64,000 bases of DNA, from IMG/VR virus record IMGVR_UViG_3300028376_000003, positions 1 to 64,000 of that record; one strand, given 5' to 3'. Positions 9,992-19,499 of this stretch are shown in pieces. The position numbers were made by a program, and so were the translations under genes. Each line of letters starts with the position of its first letter. The stretch's first letter is position 1. Source of the DNA: a virus. The notes beneath the pieces are model-generated. The model ran no database searches and was not told the DNA's origin. It worked only from the letters and a program-made list of their open reading frames with translations.

Positions 9992-10058
9992 ACAATATTT
10001 TATTTTGTTTTGTTTTTATAATGTATATATTAAATAAAAAACTCTTTTTTTACCTTTT

Positions 10059-10574
10059 CTAGAAATCTATATCATAATAATCAATTAGTATATCTTCCTC
10101 ATCTTTGTAGAAGATGAGTTCGTCCCTTTTTATAAGTTGGTCTTCATAGTGATACCCAGTTCTAAATAAAGTTCTTATGAATGGGATATCTTTGCTATAA
10201 TTAATCTTTTCACTATCGACCATTAGACACAGTATTCTATTATCATCTTCTTTACTTTCTGTTATACCATCTTCATCTTTCTCCAATCCTTTTTTACCAT
10301 AGGCAGTAAATATAGTATCTAGGCTTTCGCCACTTCTTAACCACTTTATATTGATTTTATTACCAATCTTTATATCATTATTTTCTTCTTTCATGTAGAG
10401 GCGTATCCAAAAATATACTTTTTGTTTATTTACTATCTCTACTTTTGTATCTTGATTAACATCGTCATCTAAATCTTCTGTGTCAATTTTTCTAATACTT
10501 TCAACTAGAGTTGTTTTATAATCCCTTTCTTCTATGTTATTATCCATGTTGTTGTTATTATTTTTAGATTGCAA
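10059..10574 (-). CDS. Hypothetical protein (start possibly ATG 10547)
   Basis: Long ORF directly after thyA. Confidence 0.6.
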   Translation of the reverse strand: MQSKNNNNNMDNNIEERDYKTTLVESIRKIDTEDLDDDVNQDTKVEIVNKQKVYFWIRLYMKEENNDIKIGNKINIKWLRSGESLDTIFTAYGKKGLEKDEDGITESKEDDNRILCLMVDSEKINYSKDIPFIRTLFRTGYHYEDQLIKRDELIFYKDEEDILIDYYDIDF

Positions 10575-11400
10575 TTTCTAGATTACTCTTTATTTTCTTA
10601 GTACCTGTTGTGTTTAATACTTTGAAGTGTTGTAATGAAAAGCTATAAAAATCTGTGTTTTCTTCTGTATTAAGTTCTAGGATTGGATGGTTATCTAGGG
10701 GAGTTCTATCTAGTATTTCTTTTAAAGCATCCATATGTCTATCATATACATGTAAATTTTGAACCAAATGACAGAATTTGCCCACTCTATATCCACAATG
10801 TTTAGCAACCATCATTTGAAAGGCTACATATTGTATCTTATTTATATACCCAGCCATTATGTAATCATTAGAACGTTGGTTTAGTGTCATATCTAAGTAA
10901 TAAAATCCTTGATAATTTCTTACTGACCAAGAGGTTGAATAGGCACAAGGAAATAATCCCTCTGTTTCGTTCAAGTCTTGATATTGGAACATATCTATTA
11001 TGTGCCTTCTTGAAAATGGATTATTTTTTAGGTTATAGAGTAGATTATCCATTAAATTATACTTTTTAATAGTAGCACCATATCTCTGGCCTATAGTGCC
11101 ATCACCAACATCCCATTCGTCCCACCATTTTATACCCAATTCTCTAGCTACTTCTAATGAACTAGTCTGTTTTTGGTATATCCATAATATTTCTTTAATA
11201 CCAGTTTTTGTTGCAGTATTTCTTAATGTTGTTATCGGAAATTCATTCTTAGATAGGTCATATTCTTCGAATACTCCTGTAATAAATTTACAATAGGCAG
11301 GTGTACTATCTTTATATCTAGGTCTAGGATTTTCATCCCAAGTCCCTTCGTTAATTATTTTATTTAAATTGTCTAAATAATATTTATCTGCTTTTATCAT
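10564..11400 (-). CDS. thyA: Thymidylate synthase
   Basis: FPITTLR, WDEW, SRRH, LFPC (catalytic Cys), QRSND, N, HVYDRH. Confidence 0.95.
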   Translation of the reverse strand: MIKADKYYLDNLNKIINEGTWDENPRPRYKDSTPAYCKFITGVFEEYDLSKNEFPITTLRNTATKTGIKEILWIYQKQTSSLEVARELGIKWWDEWDVGDGTIGQRYGATIKKYNLMDNLLYNLKNNPFSRRHIIDMFQYQDLNETEGLFPCAYSTSWSVRNYQGFYYLDMTLNQRSNDYIMAGYINKIQYVAFQMMVAKHCGYRVGKFCHLVQNLHVYDRHMDALKEILDRTPLDNHPILELNTEENTDFYSFSLQHFKVLNTTGTKKIKSNLEIAI

Positions 11401-11419
11401 ATTAACATCTTATTTGGAC

Positions 11420-11446
11420 ATTATATATGATTTAGCAGAAAAGTTG
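11420..11446 (-). promoter_or_regulatory. CAAC-N17-TATAAT promoter of thyA
   Basis: Matches the recurrent AAAC-N17-TAYAA class. Confidence 0.55.
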
Positions 11447-11493
11447 ATGTTGTATATTTTTAAATCGACAAAAACATGCAACATCATGATATA
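11445..11493. repeat. Imperfect 17-bp inverted repeat containing a 24-bp element repeated at 53854-53877
   Basis: TGATGTTGTATATTTTT-N8-AAAAACATGCAACATCA; 11470-11493 is the exact reverse complement of 53854-53877. Confidence 0.8.
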
Positions 11494-11536
11494 TAAATAA
11501 ATAATATATAATTTTTTTTAATTTAGGATAAAAATA

Positions 11537-12004
11537 CTAGATATTATGCCTCATAATTACCTTTCTTATATAGTTAGAGTGTTCTAATTGTAAATGTGTT
11601 GCTCTACCCAAAGTCAGATGTAATCCAAAATAAGGTTTTCCTAACCCCATTGCACTTCTTATGTTATCAATATCATTTGAATAAACTTTTATCCACCAAT
11701 GACCCTTATCATTGCATCTTATGAATGTGGGATCATACTCTATACTTATTTCCTTCTTATGGAATATAGACCTAGACTGCTCATATATGCTACTATCTAT
11801 AACATCATTAATAACGGTAACATGTGAACCTCTAAGGGGTTTGTTGAGTTGTAAATTAAACCTATTCTTCAGAAACCAAGAATAATACTCTGGTAAGTCA
11901 TCATCTATCTTCATAACAGCCACACTCTTCCACGAAGATTGTTTTAAATGTTTTTTAGTAACATTTATTGGATTAAAATATAATATACCTTTTGATTTAA
12001 ACAT
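11537..12004 (-). CDS. 2H phosphoesterase-family protein
   Basis: Two HxT motifs, GSHVTVI and GLHLTLG, in a 155-aa protein. Confidence 0.7.
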   Translation of the reverse strand: MFKSKGILYFNPINVTKKHLKQSSWKSVAVMKIDDDLPEYYSWFLKNRFNLQLNKPLRGSHVTVINDVIDSSIYEQSRSIFHKKEISIEYDPTFIRCNDKGHWWIKVYSNDIDNIRSAMGLGKPYFGLHLTLGRATHLQLEHSNYIRKVIMRHNI

Positions 12005-12007
12005 TTA

Positions 12008-12015
12008 CAAAGGTA
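12008..12015 (-). promoter_or_regulatory. Bacteroidota-type -7 box TACCTTTG
   Basis: TAnnTTTG 3 nt before the ATG of 11537..12004. Confidence 0.55.
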
Positions 12016-12055
12016 CAAAAATATTTTAATATATAGATTAACAATAAAAAATAAT

Positions 12056-12451
12056 ATGAACTACTTGTTAATCATACTTTTAGCTAATATATTTTGGCTC
12101 GCTTACTGCTTTTTTGAAGGAGTAAGGGAAGGTATGGTTCAAGTTTACGAAGAAAACACAAGGAGAGAGATATCAATTGATTATCGAAAAATATTCAAAA
12201 TACAAGCTATATTATTTCTCACTCTAATGGCTTATATTACATTTAAATACATAGATTTTTATGCTATACCACTTATCATATCATACATTCTATTGTTCAG
12301 GTATTTAACAACGTTATCTTCTGATTGTGCTGTTAAAAATATAAAGTACTCAACTACAAAATATACTCAAAAAAAAAATATTAATAGTATGGTAATCGGA
12401 ATCTCAGTTCAAATCTTATTAATAGTAATAATAATATTTACAAAATTATGA
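12056..12451 (+). CDS. Membrane protein, about 3-4 TM segments
   Basis: Hydrophobic stretches; AATATATA at 12028-12035. Confidence 0.6.
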   Translation: MNYLLIILLANIFWLAYCFFEGVREGMVQVYEENTRREISIDYRKIFKIQAILFLTLMAYITFKYIDFYAIPLIISYILLFRYLTTLSSDCAVKNIKYSTTKYTQKKNINSMVIGISVQILLIVIIIFTKL

Positions 12452-12576
12452 AAAATATAAATATATACAAGAAAGAAGTAGCAATAAATAAAATTTGCAA
12501 AGAGAAGAATTGGAATCCCAACAACCTAACACCACAACAGAGGCTATTCATAGTCAAATCGACAGAATTTAAATAG
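12448..12576 (+). CDS. 42-aa small protein absent from the ORF track
   Basis: MKNINIYKKEVAINKICKEKNWNPNNLTPQQRLFIVKSTEFK*; ATGA overlap with the upstream stop; fills the gap exactly. Confidence 0.55.
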   Translation: MKNINIYKKEVAINKICKEKNWNPNNLTPQQRLFIVKSTEFK

Positions 12577-13110
12577 TTATCCTAATATATTTTTAATTTT
12601 AACACCCCTTTTATAGGCTTTTAAATATTCATCAAACGAATAACTATTTTTGTTAATAAGATCTGTCACAACGTATGTAGTATCTGTATTATAATCAATA
12701 TTATTCGACTTTATATACACCCTTCTAGATATATTATACACGTTTATATTATCATTATGGGAGTAAGAGTAATCCCTTGATAGTATTACAAACTTAATAT
12801 TTGTACTAGTAAGACATTCCTTTATGTATAAAATTTGGTCAATAGAGTAATTAAATAGATTTATAACAATTAAATCTATTCTAAATAAGTTTGATTCATC
12901 ACTTAAAATTTTACATACGTCATCTTCTGATTTAAAATCTATTTGAGAAATTTTATATACTTGCTTAGAAGATAAATTAATATCATTCATATACAAGCAA
13001 TTGAGTCCAGATAACTCAAAAAAGTCAAATATTTTGTAGAATGACATTTCTATATCGAAACGGAATCCAGTTATAAAGTTCTTTTGATTTAATTGTACCA
13101 TAAGTATCAA
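12577..13110 (-). CDS. Hypothetical protein with C-terminal RxxKIxxIL motif
   Basis: Ends KRGVKIKNILG; AAAC-N18-TATAAC upstream at 13129-13156. Confidence 0.6.
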   Translation of the reverse strand: MILMVQLNQKNFITGFRFDIEMSFYKIFDFFELSGLNCLYMNDINLSSKQVYKISQIDFKSEDDVCKILSDESNLFRIDLIVINLFNYSIDQILYIKECLTSTNIKFVILSRDYSYSHNDNINVYNISRRVYIKSNNIDYNTDTTYVVTDLINKNSYSFDEYLKAYKRGVKIKNILG

Positions 13111-13230
13111 GTCTTAATATAATTTGTAGTTATAGATTTTATATATTTAAATGTTTGAAAGTAAATATAAATAATGTTAGTTTCAGCACCAATACCAATA
13201 CCAATACCATTTAATATATGATATGAATAG

Positions 13231-13989
13231 CTAATCAAAGAAAGGACAAGCATCAGCAAGTTTTTCCAAATCTATATTAACAGAATAAGGTATATATTTA
13301 TTTAAAACTTGCTTTATGGTTGTATCTCTCTTAACAACTAAAGGTTGTTTAATCCCTTGACCAATCGACAAAAAATAATCATTAAATTTAAAGCTACCAC
13401 CTTCTATATCATTAGATATTTTTATCCATATACTTTTAACACCATATGTATCTGCACATATTATACCATGTAGAGAACTAGTTATTATATAATCACATGA
13501 TTTAACTTGGTTAATAACTTTTTCTAAACCACCTTTTATATCAATAAATAAAACATCTTTCTCAGTTTTATTTTTAACTACCCAATATGACTCCTTGTCC
13601 ACATAGTGTGGTAAAATACCGACTTTGAATTTTTTATCTATATTAACGTCATAAAAATGTGACATAAGAAGTGCTGGATCTCCATAAACTTCTGGGCATT
13701 TATATCCTTGTTTTAGTATTAAATCTCTAGTCAATGGTCCTCTTACTGCTCTTATATCAGGCTGAGATATAATATTACTATTGCTAGATATCAATCCTGA
13801 TCCCCACACGATTGTTTTATCATTTGAATGTGATAATATACTTCCTATACAACTATATTTATCTTCGTACTTATTAGGAGCAGAGTATACAACATTTTTA
13901 CCACTTATGAACCTAACCATGTGTGGACTCAATGCATCTCCCCAGTTATCACTAGGAAACCACAATAATTTTATATTATTCATGTACAA
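13231..13989 (-). CDS. Polysaccharide pyruvyl transferase (ExoV-like)
   Basis: NWGD, IGSIL, VWGSG, AVRGPLTR, GDPALL, ILPHY, SSLHGII.ADTYG. Confidence 0.9.
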   Translation of the reverse strand: MYMNNIKLLWFPSDNWGDALSPHMVRFISGKNVVYSAPNKYEDKYSCIGSILSHSNDKTIVWGSGLISSNSNIISQPDIRAVRGPLTRDLILKQGYKCPEVYGDPALLMSHFYDVNIDKKFKVGILPHYVDKESYWVVKNKTEKDVLFIDIKGGLEKVINQVKSCDYIITSSLHGIICADTYGVKSIWIKISNDIEGGSFKFNDYFLSIGQGIKQPLVVKRDTTIKQVLNKYIPYSVNIDLEKLADACPFFD

Positions 13990-14000
13990 TAGCTTTATTT

Positions 14001-14040
14001 ATTATATAATTTTAAACATTTAAGTTTAATTTAATACAAA
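14001..14040. promoter_or_regulatory. Overlapping divergent AAAC-N17-TAYAA promoters
   Basis: Plus: AAAC 14014-17, TACAAA 14035-40. Minus: AAAC 14027-24, TATAAT 14006-01. Confidence 0.6.
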
Positions 14041-14055
14041 CATAAATATATCAAC

Positions 14056-14811
14056 ATGAAAAACAATTACAAATTTTCGTTTATAATATGCTACAGACAC
14101 AGAACTGATAGGTTAAATCCATTAAAAAAGGTTATTGATTGGATTAATTCATTTGCGGGTGCAGAAATTATTCTAGTCGAACAAGACACTAATTCAAAAA
14201 TATCAGAATTAAACTTAGATGCTAAGCATATCTTTATAGAATCTAGTGAATTATTTAATAAATCATGGGGATTTAACGTTGGTCTTAAATATTCTACTAC
14301 CAATAAAATTATATTTTCTGATACTGATATAGTTATGAATCCCAATAAGTTTATAGAAAGTATAAACCTATTGGATAAATATGATATGGTTAGTCCATAC
14401 AATAAAGTCATAGACTTAAACGAGTGTGAATCAAATTTACCAATGAAAAACATTATGAGTATAAACAGACTAGGTAGAGGTGATGAAGATATACAGAAAA
14501 TAAATATATGCGGTGGGATAGCTATGTTTACTAGAAGTGCTATTGAAAAAATACATGGATGGAATGAACTATTTGTTGGATGGGGTGCAGAAGATGACTT
14601 CCAATCGATAAAAAGTAAACACTTCTTAAACCATATTGAACTAACAGGGAATTGCTATCACTTATATCATACAAGGGGTCTTACAGATGTTGATGCTTAT
14701 AAGAGGAATCTAAATCTATTCAACAAATACAGATTAATGAGTAAAGGTGAATTAAGTGTAAATATTAAACATTTAAATAATAAAGGTTTAAAAAACAAAT
14801 ACCAATTATGA
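14056..14811 (+). CDS. Glycosyltransferase (GT-A fold, GT2/GT7-like C-terminus)
   Basis: IILVEQD, FNKSWGFNVG, DTD (DxD), GWNELFVGWGAEDD, HLYH. Confidence 0.9.
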   Translation: MKNNYKFSFIICYRHRTDRLNPLKKVIDWINSFAGAEIILVEQDTNSKISELNLDAKHIFIESSELFNKSWGFNVGLKYSTTNKIIFSDTDIVMNPNKFIESINLLDKYDMVSPYNKVIDLNECESNLPMKNIMSINRLGRGDEDIQKINICGGIAMFTRSAIEKIHGWNELFVGWGAEDDFQSIKSKHFLNHIELTGNCYHLYHTRGLTDVDAYKRNLNLFNKYRLMSKGELSVNIKHLNNKGLKNKYQL

Positions 14812-15578
14812 TAGAAAAAGCAAAATTATTAACAATGTATAAAGAAGTTAATAATGAAGGTAGAGACTTAAGAATAAGTTATGTTCAACATAAAAAACTA
14901 TCAAGAGAAGAAAGCATTAATAAAGCAAAAAAAGAATTAAGAGAAATCAGTATTTTCTATATAAATGATGAGTGTTGTGAAGAGGCTTATAAAGCAAAAA
15001 AAAGGGAAGTAGATATGTTATACACAGATACAAGATTTTGGACAGAAACTTCTTACTTTGAAACTATTGAAAAAGTGATTAGACCTAATAGGATAATAAA
15101 TGATTTAGTTACTTACGAAGATATTGTAAGCACTATAGATAACAAGACTAAATATAAAAAAACTATAGGGAAAACACAGCTCAATGATATTTCTTTGAAG
15201 AATGATATAAGAAACACAAACTATGATAATATGATAGATAATGCTAACAAAATATATTTTTCAATACAAAATTATGATATGCAAATGAGTTATGATATTG
15301 ATTGGTCATCAATTGGGGACAATGAACACTTTACTGGTAAAAAAACTTTATTAGTAGGAACACGTGTTATGGATATATTATCCCTTCTAAACTTAGAATA
15401 TCCTATAGATAAAAATTATAATTTTATTTATGACCAAAGAATTAATCCCAATAAAATAATAATAGTTAATAATAGTAATAATGGTTTGAAGTTAATGATT
15501 GACAAAACTAATAATTGCTACTATTTAGATGAAGGGTTATCTTTAGAGAACAATCTTTGTTGGTTTAATATTATTTAA
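14808..15578 (+). CDS. Hypothetical protein
   Basis: 256-aa ORF coupled (ATGA) to the glycosyltransferase. Confidence 0.6.
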   Translation: MIEKAKLLTMYKEVNNEGRDLRISYVQHKKLSREESINKAKKELREISIFYINDECCEEAYKAKKREVDMLYTDTRFWTETSYFETIEKVIRPNRIINDLVTYEDIVSTIDNKTKYKKTIGKTQLNDISLKNDIRNTNYDNMIDNANKIYFSIQNYDMQMSYDIDWSSIGDNEHFTGKKTLLVGTRVMDILSLLNLEYPIDKNYNFIYDQRINPNKIIIVNNSNNGLKLMIDKTNNCYYLDEGLSLENNLCWFNII

Positions 15579-16114
15579 GGCCTTGATTTCACTCTGACCT
15601 TATCATATTTCATAAGAAGCTTAAAAAAGTTATCATAATCCTCATTTACATTAGTTATTTTCTTCTCATACCAAATACTATTGTTCATATATTCAACTAT
15701 CATACCATCTCTTAAATCATCCTTATTAACAGGATTCCAGTATCTATCTATATCTACAAAAGAAAATGAGACACCGTTTAGTAAATAACATGTTCTGTCG
15801 TTATCAGTATTAAACATAGATACTTCTAATAGGCTCTCTGAGCCATCAAATCTTATTTGTTTTACAACTTCCTCCCCCAAGTATTTAATAACCATTGAAG
15901 GCTCTTTAAAGTGGTCTAGTATAAAAATAGCATCATCTCTAAGGCAGTCATTACCAGTGTTGCTATATGCAATAATACTAGGCTTATGATGGCCCCTATA
16001 ATATTGCTTCAATTCTATTATTTTATACTCCTTAGCGTATAAAACAGATATTATATCTTCTATTTTATCACATGTTATAAGTATAAAAGACGATTTCTTG
16101 TTTTCTAAGTCCAT
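15575..16114 (-). CDS. Hypothetical protein
   Basis: 179-aa ORF; AATATATA at 16120-16127 (-). Confidence 0.6.
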   Translation of the reverse strand: MDLENKKSSFILITCDKIEDIISVLYAKEYKIIELKQYYRGHHKPSIIAYSNTGNDCLRDDAIFILDHFKEPSMVIKYLGEEVVKQIRFDGSESLLEVSMFNTDNDRTCYLLNGVSFSFVDIDRYWNPVNKDDLRDGMIVEYMNNSIWYEKKITNVNEDYDNFFKLLMKYDKVRVKSRP

Positions 16115-16125
16115 TTTACTATATA

Positions 16126-17364
16126 TTAAAAAGAGAACTCTGATAATAAGATTTTTTGGAAGATATCATTAACATAGTCATAATGCTCTATTGGAACAAT
16201 GATACTATCGTGTACTGTTATCATTTTGATACTAGGATTACGCTCCATTACTGTTTTAACTATTCTATTAAATATAACATTAGATTCCATTCTCTGTAAG
16301 TCACATGATAATTTTTTATAATTACCACAATCCCTTTTATATAGATTTATAAAATTAAATATAGTTGGAAATAATTTTTGAAACATTTTATCACTTTTTG
16401 ACTTATAAATATGATTTCCAAATAAAACACTATATGTCATAGTTTTTGCTTTTTTTCTATCTCTAATATCTAGTTTAGTCATAAGGTATTTATAGAAATT
16501 ACCATTTTTTGTCAACGCCTTAAAAATATCAAATTCTTCTTTATTAACCCATTTAGTCCCAGATTCTTCAATAAGCTTAGTCAAAAATAAAGGTTGGGAA
16601 TTTGATATATCAATCTCTCTAACATCACTACCATTAATTTTCAAGCAGTTTTTTCTTATAAATGACTTAAGTATTGTAAAGTTAGTATGCATCCTACCAT
16701 ACTTATCAAAGTGGTAGAATATATGATTATTTCTAACACATTCAACTGCATAGCTATTCTTATTATAAGATTCCGTTCCATCTCCTTTGATTGTGTTTAG
16801 GAAAGACATAGACATTTGTTCATCTATTTCAACCGAAAATAAGTCTTCTATAAGTTTTTCCCTAACAAAAAACTCTATAAGGCTTCCATCTTTTTTACAT
16901 ATTTCATAATCTTCCAAAACACGTTTTGCATACTTTTTTAATATAAAACTATCTTTGTTCTCATAGCGTGTCATCTTCTTCTTAAATACAACAGGCTTTA
17001 AAGAATATATTCTAGAAGATACAGTTTTTAGATAATCCTTATCTAAGTTAATAACTTTTATATCAACTAAGTAATCGATATAATAATTATAATTCATACC
17101 ATACCTCTCTTTTAAAACACTCGAATTTAATGGAAATCCATTAGTTTTATTTATATAATATTTAAGTATAAGGTTATTAATTATATCAACTAAGTAATCT
17201 ACTTTTAAATTCTTTTCTTTATAACGTATCTTTCTCTGATCTATCACATCATTAAAGAAATGGGGTAGGAATTGATATACGAATTTTTTATTATTTAAGT
17301 TTTTTTGTAATCCAGATAGCTTCTTCTCGCTTTTAGCATAAATACTAGATTCTTTTTTTACCAT
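16126..17364 (-). CDS. Compact family A-type (Pol I/T7-like palm) polymerase-like protein
   Basis: GRMHT, motif A EIDISNSQP, motif B RKKAKTMTYSVLFG, LQRMES, motif C TVHDSIIV. Confidence 0.65.
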   Translation of the reverse strand: MVKKESSIYAKSEKKLSGLQKNLNNKKFVYQFLPHFFNDVIDQRKIRYKEKNLKVDYLVDIINNLILKYYINKTNGFPLNSSVLKERYGMNYNYYIDYLVDIKVINLDKDYLKTVSSRIYSLKPVVFKKKMTRYENKDSFILKKYAKRVLEDYEICKKDGSLIEFFVREKLIEDLFSVEIDEQMSMSFLNTIKGDGTESYNKNSYAVECVRNNHIFYHFDKYGRMHTNFTILKSFIRKNCLKINGSDVREIDISNSQPLFLTKLIEESGTKWVNKEEFDIFKALTKNGNFYKYLMTKLDIRDRKKAKTMTYSVLFGNHIYKSKSDKMFQKLFPTIFNFINLYKRDCGNYKKLSCDLQRMESNVIFNRIVKTVMERNPSIKMITVHDSIIVPIEHYDYVNDIFQKILLSEFSF

Positions 17365-17405
17365 AGCTATATAATGTGGTTGATTTTTTAAATTTTGTTA
17401 GATTT

Positions 17406-18734
17406 CTATTTAAGGTCATCTTTAGAAGGCATATCAAACTTACCACCTTTACCTTTCTTACCTTTCTTACTATTATCTTGTCCCTTCTCGAATTCATTAT
17501 AAACATCTGGGTATACTTGACCTTCTGCATCTGTATCATATTTTATATCAAAGAAATCCCCAAAATCTAGAAGACCTGACTTATTCAATTCAACTTCATG
17601 TATTTTACCAAGGTGCCTCTCTATTATTTTACCAATGTCGTCAACAAATTTATTGAATAATATGACGGTATTCTCAGTAAATATACCAATTGGTTTCTTC
17701 CTCTTTGATTTAAAAGATCCAAGTATAACTTTGAAGATATACTCTAATTTACGGTCTTGACTTATATAATCTTTGGTCAATTTGTTGTCAATTAATTCAG
17801 TATTTATTTTAAATTTATCTTTATCAAAGAATTCTGGAACAATAAAATCGAATTTTAATAAATCTTCTTTAACTTGAGAAACATATATGTTAAATAGTTT
17901 GGACATAAGATATATATAAGCTTCGTCCTTACTATCCTCTTTAATTTTAATTTCCTCAATATTTACCGACTGACAAAAATTAAGGAAATTAACAAGTATA
18001 AGTGTATATATTTCAACAAACTCAGTATTATTAGTATTATCAACCCTTGTGTATAATGGATTTAAAAGTTCAAATGATATATCATTATTTATTGTATTTA
18101 TTATAAGCTTTTCTATATTTTCTTGAAAGTAATCACTATCCATCAGAAAAGAATTATTCAAAGATGGATTTAATATCTTATAAAAAAAGTATGCAAAAGA
18201 TTTCTCACCAAATATATATTCTAAATCATCCTCACTTGTATTTAAAAAGTACTTTATTGCTTCCTTCATACTTTCAGTTAACTTACCTTGAAATATAACA
18301 GGTATTACATCAACATTAAATAGCCTGGCATATTCTTCTAATTCTTCAATGTTAAAGTCATATTTACCAGATTTGTTAATTGAAGTAAGAACCATATTAT
18401 TTCTAGGTGTATCATTATACTCAATATTAGCTGGTTGGTTATCTGGGAAATATTCAAAACAAAACCACCATTTTTTATTAAGAAGGGATTGAACTCTTTT
18501 ATCTAGTGTATTAAAATAATCAATAGCAGCATTATAATAATTTTGCATTGCTAAATCTATAAGATTTATAGGTTCGCTAGATATAGATTTTGGCTTTATG
18601 GTAAATTCTTTACCATCCCAATTAACCCATATTTTACTACCTTGCACATCCTCATATACTAGTATTTCCGTACTAAGCATATCGCTTATTAAATCAGCCT
18701 CGTCCAATCCATTTAGTGTTATTAATTTACTCAT
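17406..18734 (-). CDS. RNA-ligase-like nucleotidyltransferase fold, lacking the motif I lysine
   Basis: LVYEDVQGSKI in place of EKxDGS; FCFEY; VIPVIFQG. Confidence 0.5.
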   Translation of the reverse strand: MSKLITLNGLDEADLISDMLSTEILVYEDVQGSKIWVNWDGKEFTIKPKSISSEPINLIDLAMQNYYNAAIDYFNTLDKRVQSLLNKKWWFCFEYFPDNQPANIEYNDTPRNNMVLTSINKSGKYDFNIEELEEYARLFNVDVIPVIFQGKLTESMKEAIKYFLNTSEDDLEYIFGEKSFAYFFYKILNPSLNNSFLMDSDYFQENIEKLIINTINNDISFELLNPLYTRVDNTNNTEFVEIYTLILVNFLNFCQSVNIEEIKIKEDSKDEAYIYLMSKLFNIYVSQVKEDLLKFDFIVPEFFDKDKFKINTELIDNKLTKDYISQDRKLEYIFKVILGSFKSKRKKPIGIFTENTVILFNKFVDDIGKIIERHLGKIHEVELNKSGLLDFGDFFDIKYDTDAEGQVYPDVYNEFEKGQDNSKKGKKGKGGKFDMPSKDDLK

Positions 18735-18762
18735 TTATTCTTGATTTTTGTTTTTATCAATG

Positions 18763-19035
18763 TTATTCACTTTCTAAAAATGAAATTATAGTATGTATAT
18801 TTTCTAAGTTAAATCCATATAATGGACTCCCACCCTCTTTTAAATAATCTGCATATAAATTATTATACTCATCAATAGTGTAAAAGTTATTATTTATATC
18901 ACAAAATATTACATTAGTATCATGTGAATTAACAGTTTTATTCTGTAATCCAGTCTCTCCATAAGCTGGTCCAATTGGTCCAACTAACTCTGTACCAGAT
19001 ATTTCTTCGTTGAATTGTTTAAACTTTTTAATCAT
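18763..19035 (-). CDS. Small protein with MIKKFKQFNEE leader
   Basis: Shared leader family. Confidence 0.6.
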   Translation of the reverse strand: MIKKFKQFNEEISGTELVGPIGPAYGETGLQNKTVNSHDTNVIFCDINNNFYTIDEYNNLYADYLKEGGSPLYGFNLENIHTIISFLESE

Positions 19036-19438
19036 TATTTATTTTTATTTTTTCAAAATACTCACTATGCTCTTCCAAGGAATAATATTTCTTCTTCTCA
19101 TTATATTTTATATTATAAAGAAAACGGTCTTCTAATTTACAAGGCGTATTTTTTGATAATAATAAATCATAACTAGTATCTATATTAGATATTATATTCA
19201 AAACTCTTTCACCTATCTTACCATTTCTGTCTTTTAAGTTACAAACTATCTTAACTTTCTTATCAAGCATATCTTTTAACCTATAAAACGTAATATTTTT
19301 AGATAACATCATATAGTTCTTTTCATTACTATATATTGTACTATATAACTCATTCTTCTCGTTTCTAGATATTCTGTCCTTTATTTTATTAAATCTGACT
19401 AAACTTTTTAATATCTCTTTGTTTATAATAGTTTTCAT
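19028..19438 (-). CDS. Hypothetical protein
   Basis: AATATATA 4 nt before the ATG (19443-19450). Confidence 0.55.
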   Translation of the reverse strand: MKTIINKEILKSLVRFNKIKDRISRNEKNELYSTIYSNEKNYMMLSKNITFYRLKDMLDKKVKIVCNLKDRNGKIGERVLNIISNIDTSYDLLLSKNTPCKLEDRFLYNIKYNEKKKYYSLEEHSEYFEKIKINND

Positions 19439-19499
19439 ATGGTATATATTTAATAAGAATACTTACATTTTTATATATAGTTATAACTAAAAGTTTTAT

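Noticed and set aside
13170-13225. ACCAAT tandem repeat and tiny ORF MLVSAPIPIPIPFNI
   Set aside because: Too short to support; most likely a slippage microsatellite.
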